This document shows, piece after piece, positions 18,270-28,079 of a DNA stretch of 64,000 nucleotides. The stretch's first letter is position 1. The number at the start of each line of letters is the position of its first letter. The notes beneath the pieces are model-generated. The model saw nothing but the letters and a program-made list of their open reading frames with translations, ran no database searches and was not told the DNA's origin. This DNA is from a virus (Duplodnaviria; Caudoviricetes), in the IMG/VR virus record IMGVR_UViG_3300028048_000086, positions 53,974 through 117,973 of that record; one strand, given 5' to 3'. The translations under genes and the position numbers were made by a program.

Positions 18270-19589
18270 TTAAGCTCTTCTAGCCGACACGACGTCACTG
18301 AAGATGCGGCGAAGATCTGCTCTGAGATCAATCGGCTCTTCGTTCTTCGCGGATTCCGTGACTTCGACATCTTCCGCGATGGACGGGTCTTTCACTGAGC
18401 CGGCTTCAATCTTCTTATCAGCCTTCTCCTCTTTAGACTCTTTCGTGTCGATGCCTGTAACCGTCTTGCTGGCCAGAGACTCTTTCATATCGCAAATGGA
18501 ATCCTTGAGAGAATCCATCGAACGCTTTTTGATTGCTTCGACGTCAGCTTTGTCTGCGCCGAGAGCCTCGCGGAGAATCATATAGGTTTCTGCCATACTC
18601 TCCTTGAGAGCGGCCTTTGAATCCGCGATTTCTTTTTCCATGGACTCTTTCAGCTCTGCCGATTCTTTTTCGGACGCCTCAAGCTTTTCCTTGGACTCCT
18701 TGAGCTCGGTATTTTCAGCTTCGAGAGCCTTCTTAGCTTCCGTGAGTTCAGCAATCGTCTTTTCAGACGTTTCCTTGGCTTCCGTAAGCTCAGTGACTTT
18801 GGCTGAAAGCTCTTCAATCTTAGCTTTTGCCTCGTCGAGCTCCGTCGGCTTGACTGCTTCTGCCATTTCTTTTGCTCCTTTACTCGGTATATAGCTTTCT
18901 TGTGTTTGCATACTCTGTTTCGAGCTGTTCGCCGTTGCGGGGTATACATCCACTTTCTGGGAATACATGTCGCTAGGAACGACGACGAAGCTCAGTTCTT
19001 TGCCTTCCATTTCATGGACATCCCAGTAGCAAACTTCTTTTTTGCCGTTGTCATCATAAACTCTCCCGCGTTCATGCCCATTCGGACATCCTTCTTGAGA
19101 GTTCGTAATATATTCACCACAGATCGAGCATCTGACATCGTGAGCAGTGGCTCCGATAGACGTTGTAGCGAGAAGGCCATTTTTTACGTCCTTCTTCGCT
19201 TGCTCATCTGGGACATTTACCGTAAATCGAATCGCCGGAGTTCCTGAGAGCGTTCCGTGATCAACGTATTTTGCGTCGATGATGCGCCCGATGATATCTC
19301 CGTTTGATTCATTGTGATGTTTGATCAGCGGGCGATTATATGGCTTCGTCCAGCTCGCGATCGATTCTTTTAAGCATTTCGGCGTATATCTCGTGAAATT
19401 TCTCGTCGCGAATGGCGCGGCGTGAATTCCTTCGATCTCCACCATCAAAGAATCAGGGTCAATCGTATCCACCGAAGTTGAATGTTTTTCAGCTTCCGAA
19501 ACTTCTATGGTTTTCGTTTCTCCAGAGGCATCTTGAACGAAAGAAGCATCTACGTATTCTCGAATCATTAATGCCATATCACTTTTCAC
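18270..19589 (-). CDS. prohead protease fused to coiled-coil scaffold
   Basis: PLIKHH..IGRI..TTSIG..CSICG..ELSFVVVPSD motifs followed by an E/K-rich coiled coil. Confidence 0.8.
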   Translation of the reverse strand: MKSDMALMIREYVDASFVQDASGETKTIEVSEAEKHSTSVDTIDPDSLMVEIEGIHAAPFATRNFTRYTPKCLKESIASWTKPYNRPLIKHHNESNGDIIGRIIDAKYVDHGTLSGTPAIRFTVNVPDEQAKKDVKNGLLATTSIGATAHDVRCSICGEYITNSQEGCPNGHERGRVYDDNGKKEVCYWDVHEMEGKELSFVVVPSDMYSQKVDVYPATANSSKQSMQTQESYIPSKGAKEMAEAVKPTELDEAKAKIEELSAKVTELTEAKETSEKTIAELTEAKKALEAENTELKESKEKLEASEKESAELKESMEKEIADSKAALKESMAETYMILREALGADKADVEAIKKRSMDSLKDSICDMKESLASKTVTGIDTKESKEEKADKKIEAGSVKDPSIAEDVEVTESAKNEEPIDLRADLRRIFSDVVSARRA

Positions 19590-21687
19590 CTGCCTTTTTT
19601 AGCTCCAACGAACATCTACAATAGGGATGAAACGCCGGAATATCATCCAGGCTGAAATGATCGGTATGGATAATCCGATTATGTTCTTTCTTGTCGGAAG
19701 AACCTTCGTTGAAATCTACGTACACCTGACGGATTTTTAGCGCGGCACATGTTTTCACGTACGCGTACCAGTAAGCTTTCGAAGCTACTTGCTCCGACAG
19801 GAAACGAAGTCGATATTCAGAAGAATTGAAAGCGGCTTCGCGGTCGTCTCGGCTCTTAGCCCGTTTCAGTTTTCGATGAATATCTTTAAACATTTCAGTA
19901 AGATGCTTGTCTACTTTATCATCTAAGAGAGCGGATATAATACGCGGTTCAATATTCGGCTGCTTCTTCGCTTCTTTTATTGCCGCGTCGTATCCTTTGA
20001 CAGCTTCGGACGATATATATCGTTTCAAACTCTTGCCAATTTCATCTCTTACGAGTGGTAGAGATAAGAAGTCTTTACCGGAGCCATCTTCACATAAATC
20101 ATTACGCACGGCATTATACCTTTTATAAATTGAAGTGAATTTTTTGCGATAGTCCTCTTTGTTTGCTTTCGTTATTTCTTCGCGGCTCTTTTCAGATTCC
20201 GTGACATTTACGTTCTCTTTCACCTTCGCGCTAGACGTTCCATGCTGGTTTTGTGGAGACATCGTATTTTTCGCCTGACCAGATGTCTTCTGTTGTTTAT
20301 CCGGTCCAGATGTTCCGGCATTTGCCGTCGTGTTTCCTTCGCCGCCTGTTTTCGCGTTAACCAATTCAAGGGCATTTTTCTGCTGAACCATATTCGCGTA
20401 GAGACGAGATTCATCCACCGTATCGCTGCGAAGGCCGAGATTCGTGCGCATTTCCTCGAACGGGATCGCGTTGCCTTGGAACATATTCATCGCGTGCGTC
20501 TGCATCTTGACCTTCGTATCAAGATCAATTTCCTCGAAGCGGAAATAAACTTTATCCTGAACGTTGGTAATTGGATCATATCCGCCTTCGAGAAGAAGCT
20601 CGTTAATCATTCCGTTCTCGATGAACGTTTCAATTGTTCTCTGGAAGAACTTAACAGCATCATGCACCTGTTCATCCATAGAATCGGCATCTTGCTTCGC
20701 ACCGCCACGGCCGGCCTGCGCCGTAGAAAGACAGAGAGCAGAGAAAACGCGGGCCTCGAAATATTTCAGGTAATTTGCCAAGTCCATGACGGAGCCTTCG
20801 GCACCGACAACATTGAACTCAGTGCGCTCATTTGTGATAAGAACGCCATCATCAGCGACTTTTTCGATTTCAGACTGAGCTTCCTTGATTTCCTGACTCG
20901 TCGCCATCATTCCTTCTTGAGGAATGCCGACTTTCATCTGGAGCAGAGGAGAAGCATGACGATAAACGAGACGAAGAGCGCTGCCTTCAATTTTGCGGAG
21001 CATTTTTACATCTTCAAGAGCGGCTTCAATACGCGGAGTACCAAATGCCGCGCCGCCCTTCTTGTCGATGTAGAAATGGATAACATCCGTGTTTTTAAAA
21101 GACTTCTTGTTATTACCGACCTGCTGCTGATACTGCTTAATCGTACCAGCATTATCACGTTTGATCTGGATCGTCGTAGGATCGACGCGGAAATAACCGC
21201 CGACAGGTTTCGTATCAAGAACTCCTTTCGCCTGAAGACCGCCGACATTCAAGTTATCGGCGCGGCTTTTAACGAGAAAGGCATTCGAGTAGGAAATCAA
21301 ATCTTCAGCGATGCCCTGAAACAGAATATCCATCGGGGTGCTCGTCATAAAACTCATCAGATTAAATCTCTGCTGAATATATTCTGCGGCCGCATCGTTG
21401 TCCGATACAATAGAATATCCAGCCTTGAAAACAAGCTGAGAGTATTTGGTGATCGCGAGTTTAATATACGAATCCGCTGAGATGGCGTCGCGAATTTCTC
21501 CGAGATCTGATTCTGGAGAAGCGAAGTCGCCATTCGAGGAATCTTCGATTTGTCCGACGGCTTTGACGACGAAATTCTTTACGTTCTGAGGCGTAATCGT
21601 CATTCCGCCGGCTTCTTTCGTTTGAACTCTAGAAGGAGGGGAGATGAATTCCCGAATCCTGTCTTTTGCTAAGTTTATAAAATTCAT
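19579..21687 (-). CDS. portal protein with C-terminal head-morphogenesis (MuF/gp7-like) domain
   Basis: YSNAFL..RVDPTTI..DVIHF..FGTPRI portal motifs; ends PAFHPYCRC. Confidence 0.8.
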   Translation of the reverse strand: MNFINLAKDRIREFISPPSRVQTKEAGGMTITPQNVKNFVVKAVGQIEDSSNGDFASPESDLGEIRDAISADSYIKLAITKYSQLVFKAGYSIVSDNDAAAEYIQQRFNLMSFMTSTPMDILFQGIAEDLISYSNAFLVKSRADNLNVGGLQAKGVLDTKPVGGYFRVDPTTIQIKRDNAGTIKQYQQQVGNNKKSFKNTDVIHFYIDKKGGAAFGTPRIEAALEDVKMLRKIEGSALRLVYRHASPLLQMKVGIPQEGMMATSQEIKEAQSEIEKVADDGVLITNERTEFNVVGAEGSVMDLANYLKYFEARVFSALCLSTAQAGRGGAKQDADSMDEQVHDAVKFFQRTIETFIENGMINELLLEGGYDPITNVQDKVYFRFEEIDLDTKVKMQTHAMNMFQGNAIPFEEMRTNLGLRSDTVDESRLYANMVQQKNALELVNAKTGGEGNTTANAGTSGPDKQQKTSGQAKNTMSPQNQHGTSSAKVKENVNVTESEKSREEITKANKEDYRKKFTSIYKRYNAVRNDLCEDGSGKDFLSLPLVRDEIGKSLKRYISSEAVKGYDAAIKEAKKQPNIEPRIISALLDDKVDKHLTEMFKDIHRKLKRAKSRDDREAAFNSSEYRLRFLSEQVASKAYWYAYVKTCAALKIRQVYVDFNEGSSDKKEHNRIIHTDHFSLDDIPAFHPYCRCSLELKKAGEK

Positions 21688-21716
21688 CTTACGTGAGCGA
21701 TGCTCACGACACCTCC

Positions 21717-24700
21717 TTAATAATGGACAGTCATGAAGCGAGTATATGTAAACTTATTTCCGTACTTGCTTGCGATACCTTTTTCTCGTTCCATATACTT
21801 CGTAGCGGCCTGTTCTCTTTCTTGTTCGTATGCCTGATAATAAACTTTTTCCGTCTCATCATAATCACGGAACTGAGTAGCTCTAAAACTCGTATATTTT
21901 TCAAGGATACTGACATTCGGCTCTTTCAGGTTAATCATCGTCGGTCGCCACGTCATACCCTTGCAACGAGGATCTTTAACATTTTTCTGCGCTTCTGCCA
22001 CAATTTTATTCTGATAATTTCTTTTCAGCTCTTTCGCATGCAGATACAACTGGTAATGCCTCAGATTCTTTACTTCGTTCTCGTATTGATCGCAATTCGC
22101 ATCGATTTCTTTTACAAAATTACGATATTGCTCATCATCGTTGCTCTTCTGGCTTGCGGCTTCCTGTTTTACTTTCCTCTGGTCTTCCGTCATCGCCGGA
22201 TAGTCATTTTCTTTTACTTCTTTGAACTTAAACGGTTTATTGTCCGCTTCCGAGGAAGATGGCGTACTCGTCGTTGATGAAGAGGACGATGTTGAGCTGC
22301 TCTTTGCCGAGCTTGATCCGCTTGAAGAAGATTGGGTCGAAGAAGATGACGAGCTCTTGCCTTTGTTCTTATCGTTGTCTTTACTAGAGTTCCTTTTCGG
22401 TTCTTCAGCTTTATATTTATCCGCCGTCTTGAGGTATTCGACGGCGCTCTCTTCACTATACCCCTGTTTAATCAGATAGTTAATGTCATTCCACTGGATA
22501 TGGCGACCATTTGGAGCCTTATAATGCGAATACTTGGAGCTATGATTCTTGACCTGCGGAGTTTTATATGTATCTTGTGTATTGAGGAAGTCAACGGCAT
22601 CTTTCGTCGAATATCCCTGTTTGATGAGGTAGTCGATATCATTCTGTTTGATGTATTTCCCGTTCGGAGATACGTAATCGGAATCGCCTTTCTTGCGCTT
22701 CGCCGTAGCCTTATATTCGCTCTTCGCGGAGTATTTGTCACAGGTACCAAGATAAGCCACTGCATCCGATTCGCTATATCCTTGTTTGATAAGGTAGTCG
22801 ATATCATTCTGCTTGATCTTCAAGCCATTCGGAGCCGTATACTTCGAATTTCCGGTAAATGGTGATCCGGACGAAGCCTGCTTCGTGATATCCTGGAGAA
22901 TTGCACCACGTTTTTTCTTGTCGAAGACGCCCGTGATAACATCCGTAGCAAGATTGACATAATCTTCGTCAGACATGTTACCTTTGCTGATATTCTTCAC
23001 GCCGCTGACGATATCGCCGACGGAAGCGCCGCCGATCTGGATACCGCTAACGACATTCTCCAAGAAGCTGCCGCCTTCGTGATTTCCTGTTTGACCGGTC
23101 GCGGCGTTGAGGGCTGCTCTTCCGATATTCCCGACAATTCCTCCACCGAGATGTTTCGATAACTGATCTGTACCCATCTTAAGAAGAGCATCTCCGATGT
23201 CTTTTCCGCTATCGCCGGTGATGCCTCCGCCGAAACCACCACCGATGCCGTGGGATACAGTATCGAGGGCTTGCTGAGCGAGATCTTTTCCGCTGCCGCC
23301 TCCGATAGCGCCGCTAATTTTATCGAGAAGATTTCCGCTCTTTTTCGACGAATCATCGCTCTTCGACGTATCTTTCGCGTAAGAGTATGTTCCATCATCG
23401 TTCTTGTCGACTTTCTTCGAATACTTGTCAACTTTATTGAGCTCGTTGATAGCGTCTTGCTCGGAATAGCCTTGCCCTTTGAGATAATCAAGATCGTTCT
23501 TCGAGAAGTGCGTACCATTCGCGGCTTCGATGTCGCTATCGCCGTCTTTGAACTTCTCACTTTTACCTGAATCACTCGAGGAATCAGCCGTAGAACCAGA
23601 TGCATCCGTTGTTTTACCGCTGTCACTGCTGGTCGTTTGCGTGTTGTAGGCATCTGCGCCATTAATAACTTCAGCGCTGCCAGAGCCATCGCCGATCTGT
23701 CCAGCATCATTCATTGCCTTCTCAATTTCCTGATCCTGAAGGTTTCTAGCGTAGATATCAACGCCATTTTTCATAAGTTCGGCTTTCGCTTGAGCTTCTT
23801 TAACTGTTGCGTTTAAAATATCGCTCGTAAGTATCGTAGAAGAGTTGAGATACTTGAACATGTCATAGAATGCCGAGGAATAAGCCGCGTTATAGCTTGA
23901 ACGAGACTCTCTCAAAAGAGAATTGCTATGGGAATCGCAGTAAGATGTCGAATCCTTATATTTTTCTCCGTAATAGCGTTCTCTTTGAAGCTCTGCCGCA
24001 TGCCAAGAGCGTAAATGCATCATCGTTCTATCGACTGAGTGTGTCTTTTTGAAAAGGCGAGACATTTGGTCACGAGAGATTTGTGAACGCACGATATAAT
24101 CTCTTAAATGTTCCAGCCCTTGCCCTTCAGGAACTTTGACTTCATCGCCTTCGAAATTCTCGGTTAAATCTTCGATATACATCGCACCAGCATCCGCGAC
24201 GATTGTTAGCATCTGCTGGAAATATTTCTGCATAATGATCTGGAGCTGCTGGAGATAATATGTTTCCAACTCCACCTGATCTTTCGCGTACGTTTCCTTT
24301 ACGATATCGACGAGCGTCTTTGGTGTCTCCAACGCGATGACGACATTCGCTGGCTTCGGGAAAAGATCTGGCAACTTCGTCAAATATGGGTTGTTCTTCT
24401 GCGGAACATGGTCGATATAGTCAATTTCGTCCGGGATTTCTCCCCCCGGGATATATTCCTTTGGCGTTTCTTCTTCATATGTTCCATTTGGCCATTGAAC
24501 ATCGATTCTCGTGATAATTCTTTCTATCGTCGGAACCAAAAATTGAAGCTCGCTCGGAAGCAGAGGGATTAGATTCTTTATCTCGTCATATTGCTGTTTT
24601 AGCTGTTCCGGAACTGTCGTAGTCGTAGTCGTAGTCGTAGGAGTTCCGGTACGACTTCTGCCAGTATTTTTTTCTTCCTCTTCCGAAGTTTCTTTGATAG

Positions 24701-24887
24701 GGTTATTTTTTAAACCTTTTTCGTGTTCTTCTTCCTCTTCTTCCGGCTCTTCGATATCCGGAGTATTTTCATCAGGAATCGGAACGTTAGGAACTTTCGT
24801 TCTCTGGAAAACATCGTCAGATAGATAATGACGCTCTGGCTCTAAATCCGGACGATATAGTATTTGGTCTTTCTTTTCGTCTGCCAT
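21717..24887 (-). CDS. large hypothetical virion protein with four ~38 aa repeats
   Basis: 1056 aa; repeat (P)NGxxIxxNDIDYLIKQGYSxxDAVxYLxxxDKY; Ser- and Gly-rich linkers. Confidence 0.7.
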   Translation of the reverse strand: MADEKKDQILYRPDLEPERHYLSDDVFQRTKVPNVPIPDENTPDIEEPEEEEEEHEKGLKNNPIKETSEEEEKNTGRSRTGTPTTTTTTTTVPEQLKQQYDEIKNLIPLLPSELQFLVPTIERIITRIDVQWPNGTYEEETPKEYIPGGEIPDEIDYIDHVPQKNNPYLTKLPDLFPKPANVVIALETPKTLVDIVKETYAKDQVELETYYLQQLQIIMQKYFQQMLTIVADAGAMYIEDLTENFEGDEVKVPEGQGLEHLRDYIVRSQISRDQMSRLFKKTHSVDRTMMHLRSWHAAELQRERYYGEKYKDSTSYCDSHSNSLLRESRSSYNAAYSSAFYDMFKYLNSSTILTSDILNATVKEAQAKAELMKNGVDIYARNLQDQEIEKAMNDAGQIGDGSGSAEVINGADAYNTQTTSSDSGKTTDASGSTADSSSDSGKSEKFKDGDSDIEAANGTHFSKNDLDYLKGQGYSEQDAINELNKVDKYSKKVDKNDDGTYSYAKDTSKSDDSSKKSGNLLDKISGAIGGGSGKDLAQQALDTVSHGIGGGFGGGITGDSGKDIGDALLKMGTDQLSKHLGGGIVGNIGRAALNAATGQTGNHEGGSFLENVVSGIQIGGASVGDIVSGVKNISKGNMSDEDYVNLATDVITGVFDKKKRGAILQDITKQASSGSPFTGNSKYTAPNGLKIKQNDIDYLIKQGYSESDAVAYLGTCDKYSAKSEYKATAKRKKGDSDYVSPNGKYIKQNDIDYLIKQGYSTKDAVDFLNTQDTYKTPQVKNHSSKYSHYKAPNGRHIQWNDINYLIKQGYSEESAVEYLKTADKYKAEEPKRNSSKDNDKNKGKSSSSSSTQSSSSGSSSAKSSSTSSSSSTTSTPSSSEADNKPFKFKEVKENDYPAMTEDQRKVKQEAASQKSNDDEQYRNFVKEIDANCDQYENEVKNLRHYQLYLHAKELKRNYQNKIVAEAQKNVKDPRCKGMTWRPTMINLKEPNVSILEKYTSFRATQFRDYDETEKVYYQAYEQEREQAATKYMEREKGIASKYGNKFTYTRFMTVHY

Positions 24888-24925
24888 CCTTTTCTCCTTT
24901 CTCTCCTAATCCTTTTCTCAAAAAA

Positions 24926-24941
24926 TGTTCCACATGGAACA
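24926..24941. promoter_or_regulatory. parS-like palindrome
   Basis: TGTTCCACATGGAACA, one substitution from the palindromic parS form TGTTCCACGTGGAACA; intergenic. Confidence 0.6.
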
Positions 24942-24953
24942 TTTTCGTATAGC

Positions 24954-24984
24954 AAAAAGCGCCGTGTCAGGGGCACACGGCGCT
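24954..24984 (-). terminator. terminator after terminase gene
   Basis: AGCGCCGTGT/ACACGGCGCT stem with a T run on the minus strand. Confidence 0.75.
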
Positions 24985-25034
24985 CGAAGAGAAAGGGATA
25001 TATATAATAACGGGGCAGGAGAGGAGCCCCGATA

Positions 25035-28000
25035 TTACCACATCGTTCGACCGCCGCCAGAGTTTCGTCCTCCTGAACGACTTCCCCACGAAGAATGATA
25101 AGATCTTCCTCCGCCAGAAGTCAGAGGGACATGAACCCATTTCTGGTAGTCTCCGGGAAGCTCGCCAGGATCTTTCCCGATTTGTTTCACTCTAGTAGTA
25201 TTTTTCCATGGGTTGATAGAATTATCCAAGTCACGTAGCACGGCATTTGCCTGCCGATTCAATGGATCTACGTGAACCTGCTGGATCCTTGTCTCCGTTT
25301 TCATCGTCTTAATCGCACCCGTAAGATCGGGGAATTTCAAGACGAACGCCAAGTGGGCCAGTCCAAGAGCATCAACGAAGTGTTCGTTCTTGCTCGTATA
25401 AACCGGGACGCCCGCCTGCGAGATATGATCTACTTCATAATCAACTAATTGCTTATGAAGTACTTCATCGAATGGAGACAAGATAATTCTGCCGCGCTCG
25501 AAATTCAGCTTTAGCTGATTCACCATGAACTGCTTCATGGGCTCCTTTGTTTTTCTTCTCGTAATCGGATCTAGAATATCCAAGGTCTGTTTGAACTGAT
25601 ATCCGATAACTTTGGATTTCAAGCCTGATTCAGGATGTTGATCGCCATAGATATGCAGTCTCTCTAGCTGATAATCTCCGTATCCACGGTCACAAAAGAT
25701 CCATGATGGGCGATATATCTGATTCAGTTTTACCGTCATCTGGACGGCTTTATCTAAAGAATACTCGCTTCGCGGCACCTCTATCCTTTTCATTACCATG
25801 AACTTTTTTCTATGCACATCGAAGTCTAAGACGAGTAGAGAGCTACCGGCCTGGTAGGCATCCCAGTCAATGCCGATGCACCTAAATGGATTGTATGGTG
25901 CCAGATTTTCTTCGTCATACATGATTTCGATCGGCGGCTGCTGCCCGTTTAAGTTTCTTTTCTGAGTGTCTGTTAGAGGAGCGTACGTATAATACACCTG
26001 ATGCATTGCTTCATCGAGCTTATTCTTATCGAAGACGCCGGCTTCTTCGGTACCGAAAATCGCTAGAATTTCATGGTCATACTGAGAAGCCGTTAATTCA
26101 GCTCGATACTGATCTTCTAGCTGCTGGCTCCAATTCGGATTATCCATCGAAGGATGATAATGCTCCGAATACCCCATACCATTCGGCCTCTTATCCGTAC
26201 ACATCTGATAAAAAACGCCTCGTTTACCAGTAGGGGTAGAGGAACAAGTCATTCCGATATCTGGGCGCTCACCGGCGATCATGGCTACCGTGGAGTAATC
26301 GTTAGTTCCCATGTAGTCAATTTCATCAAGAAATAGCCAATCAGCCCTCTGTCCGCGCACAGACGCTGCGCCCTGGCCCGATGAAGCGCCGGTCGTAAAA
26401 CCGAGAATCGTCGAGCCGTTTTTGAACTCTACCGTATAAGGAGAACTCTTAATCCTCGTGATTTCATTCTTTAAGAGAGGAGACTCCGCGATCAACTCTC
26501 TCATACGCATAAATAAGAGATTTACCTGATTCTCGTACGGAGTAACGTAGAGGACACGATAATTTCGGCCTTTCGGAGCTGTCATCGCTCTCCATAAGCC
26601 TTCTATAATCATCGTCTCCGACTTCCCGCAATTATGCGTATAGATATCATTTACAACAAAATTATTGTTTTCAGGAACCATGACGCTATATGTCATAAAT
26701 TTTCCAAGATGCTCGATGCTCTTAACAGGATCCCATTCGATGTCTCCATCGCACAATTTCACGATTTCTCTCAAACCAAGATATTTTGATAATATTCGTG
26801 CTTTCCATTTTTGAAGTTTGTAGCTTTTCAAACGCAACCTTTCATTTAATGGATCGCTTGGCCATAACTTTACTAAATTTGTAAGTTTCAAGCCCTTACG
26901 TGAAATCTCCTCTTGAATTACCGGATTAATCTCTTTCGGCATAAAGAGGTCTTGCTCTTTTCCTTGCGTGATAATGTCAAAACACTTGCTTACAGCTTCT
27001 TCCTTGCCGTAAATTCCAATTTCTTCCTTGAAAATCATAAAAGAGATACGATCGCAGATGCAAAGAATCCACGCTTTTTTCTTTTTACGTATATGTGTTC
27101 TTATTCCAAAACGCAAGAGTAAATGAGCTAATTCTCTGATCAATCGCTCGGAATTCGAGCAATATCCTATCTCAGTTCTTGTTTTTTTGCCAGACGAACA
27201 TGCCCAGCCATCAGTAGAGAATAAACGAGAAATGAATAAAGCAATTTGTCTTCTTGAACTCTTAAATATTTCTTTCGGAATAAACTTGTCATCTGCTCCA
27301 TGCCCAAATACGCCATATTTTATCAAAAGCTCTTTTGCTTCATTCTTATATGTCTTGCTCAGCCGATGCTCTTTTTTTCTGATGCTGTAGTCGTAAGGAT
27401 TTCCAGAGCATTCATAATGATGAAGTTCGCATCCGTACTGGGAGACAATTTGCTTCATTTCTTCAAGTTGTTTTCCTGGCGCTTGAGTAAAGCGAATTGT
27501 CTTTCTCGTACAATTTCCATCGCCAATCATGTAAGCAAGAAATTTAGCATCATTGTCGTCAATTTCTTGATTTCCAAAAAAATTTAGCGCTAGAGGAGTA
27601 CCGACAGAATCTCCTACATTTAATTCTTCGATATTTTTCCATCCAAAGGCTGTTAACAGAGGATGATCTGCCGTAGCGTCGATAACTTTTCCGCTTTCAA
27701 GAGTTACTCTTAGAACTTCTCGCTCTCCATTTTCATTTATAATACTATTTTGCTTCGCGGTAGCTTGATATTCATCATTCAGAGAAACTACGCCAAAAGG
27801 TTTTTCTTTTTCGAATAATTCTTTTGCTGTAGAGAGCTCTCCAGTAATTGGATCAAAAATGTTTACCCATCCTGGGACACAGCGTCTTCCAAGGCGATAC
27901 ACTTTACGCAGACTAAAATCGCGAAGCATTTCTTCCTGATAGGAACGTGCCGTCCACGGGCCATGTTTCTTGGTCCCTGCGTCATACGTCCGTACGAAAG

Positions 28001-28073
28001 CTTTAGCCCATAGAACAGGGTCAGCGAAGATTTTCTTCAACTTCGCCTGCTCTACGGGCGACAATCTAGCCAT
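25035..28073 (-). CDS. terL: terminase large subunit containing an intein (595 aa after splicing)
   Basis: RSYQ, spliced Walker A GRRCGKSE, RGQRAD, Walker B LFLDE, SSTP, IGIDW, HFVDAL. Confidence 0.93.
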   Translation of the reverse strand: MARLSPVEQAKLKKIFADPVLWAKAFVRTYDAGTKKHGPWTARSYQEEMLRDFSLRKVYRLGRRCVPGWVNIFDPITGELSTAKELFEKEKPFGVVSLNDEYQATAKQNSIINENGEREVLRVTLESGKVIDATADHPLLTAFGWKNIEELNVGDSVGTPLALNFFGNQEIDDNDAKFLAYMIGDGNCTRKTIRFTQAPGKQLEEMKQIVSQYGCELHHYECSGNPYDYSIRKKEHRLSKTYKNEAKELLIKYGVFGHGADDKFIPKEIFKSSRRQIALFISRLFSTDGWACSSGKKTRTEIGYCSNSERLIRELAHLLLRFGIRTHIRKKKKAWILCICDRISFMIFKEEIGIYGKEEAVSKCFDIITQGKEQDLFMPKEINPVIQEEISRKGLKLTNLVKLWPSDPLNERLRLKSYKLQKWKARILSKYLGLREIVKLCDGDIEWDPVKSIEHLGKFMTYSVMVPENNNFVVNDIYTHNCGKSETMIIEGLWRAMTAPKGRNYRVLYVTPYENQVNLLFMRMRELIAESPLLKNEITRIKSSPYTVEFKNGSTILGFTTGASSGQGAASVRGQRADWLFLDEIDYMGTNDYSTVAMIAGERPDIGMTCSSTPTGKRGVFYQMCTDKRPNGMGYSEHYHPSMDNPNWSQQLEDQYRAELTASQYDHEILAIFGTEEAGVFDKNKLDEAMHQVYYTYAPLTDTQKRNLNGQQPPIEIMYDEENLAPYNPFRCIGIDWDAYQAGSSLLVLDFDVHRKKFMVMKRIEVPRSEYSLDKAVQMTVKLNQIYRPSWIFCDRGYGDYQLERLHIYGDQHPESGLKSKVIGYQFKQTLDILDPITRRKTKEPMKQFMVNQLKLNFERGRIILSPFDEVLHKQLVDYEVDHISQAGVPVYTSKNEHFVDALGLAHLAFVLKFPDLTGAIKTMKTETRIQQVHVDPLNRQANAVLRDLDNSINPWKNTTRVKQIGKDPGELPGDYQKWVHVPLTSGGGRSYHSSWGSRSGGRNSGGGRTMW
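26631..27881 (-). mobile_element. intein with LAGLIDADG endonuclease (417 aa)
   Basis: Begins CVPG, block B ATADHP, LAYMIGDG and LFSTDG motifs, ends THN before +1 Cys; AT-rich. Confidence 0.93.
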
Positions 28074-28079
28074 ATAAAA

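Noticed and set aside
24616-24639. GTCGTA tandem repeat
   Set aside because: Simply encodes a poly-Thr linker in the 1056 aa protein
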